64,000 nucleotides of DNA. Origin: Eledone cirrhosa (lineage: Eukaryota). Below, piece by piece: positions 63,401 to 64,000 of this stretch. Both the position numbers and the translations under genes were made by a program. The notes below the pieces were generated by a model that saw nothing but the letters and a program-made list of their open reading frames with translations, ran no database searches and was not told the DNA's origin. The stretch is taken from the NCBI GenBank assembly GCA_964016885.1, contig OZ024740.1, positions 288,920,001 through 288,984,000 of the forward strand. The letters are read 5' to 3'. Every line of letters starts with the position of its first letter. Position 1 is the first letter of the stretch.

Positions 63401-64000
63401 ATTTCCAGCCCCAGAGTTTAAGAATGATGTAAATAAAATTGTAAACGTAAATGACAGAGGTTATTAAAATAGTTGTTTCTACTTTTGGTACAAGGCCAGC
63501 AATTACCCAGTACATTACTGGTACTTTATTTTATCAACCCCGTAAGGATGAAAGACAAAGTTAACCTCGACGGGATTTTAACTTTGCCTTAAAATAGTAA
63601 AAATAAATAGTGAAGATTTAGGCCAGTACATACGTATGCGCCGACGGACATACACATAAACATACATACGCACACACACACACATGTGCGTGTGTGTAAA
63701 CCTTATGCATTTCTACAGTATTTTCACCAAACTTAAGACATAGGTTACTTATGTAGTCCGGATGGTCATGGGCACTTTCATTTTCCCAGATATTGATTAT
63801 AGGGCCTCCCGGCAGATAACCCTCTTTAACCACTTCCTTGGAGTCGACTGAAACACTGCAGTGCAATGCAACAAAACGTCATAACTTCTGGAGTTCGCAA
63901 AACTTGACACATGGACTACGTTTGTTCTACAGAGGAATGTGAACTCTCAGAATTGGCACATATTGAGTAGGGGTCCCTGGGGGCAGGAACTCCCATTTGG

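Noticed and set aside
47903-64000. TTC7 exon 5
   Set aside because: The candidate acceptors I checked (about 53445, 53764, 60017) give stops or non-TTC7 peptides in the required phase. It probably lies beyond the window, though I may have missed it.
63618-64000. Helentron/HINE-like element start
   Set aside because: Suggestive motifs only (TTCACCAAACTT, AAAACTTGACACA), and the window edge prevents checking the termini.

Overview
AT-rich animal genomic DNA, not prokaryotic. The repeat families suggest a cephalopod, probably Octopus, but this is an inference. One host gene is supported: the 5' part of a TTC7 (TTC7A/B-like) gene on +. Four coding exons splice in frame through GT-AG introns: 4262-4382, 35622-35770, 43182-43344 and 47650-47902. 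Intron 1 is about 31.2 kb, and no exon 5 was found in the window. Almost everything else is transposon-derived: several RTE LINE families (one near full length), an internally deleted CRE-clade element with an N-terminal PHD finger, an R4/Dong-like element, and CR1/L2, Penelope, mariner and Tigger remnants. There are also hAT and piggyBac-type MITEs, non-autonomous Helitrons, probable solo LTRs, many SINEs and microsatellites. I found no CRISPR array, rRNA, true tRNA or operon-like system. The most interesting signals are retroelement modularity: an amplified RTE family whose 3' end is a SINE-like module built from another RTE's 5' UTR and 3' tail, and a three-level nest whose innermost Helitron carries a tandem array. 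Family names come from motif recognition only; no database search was run.
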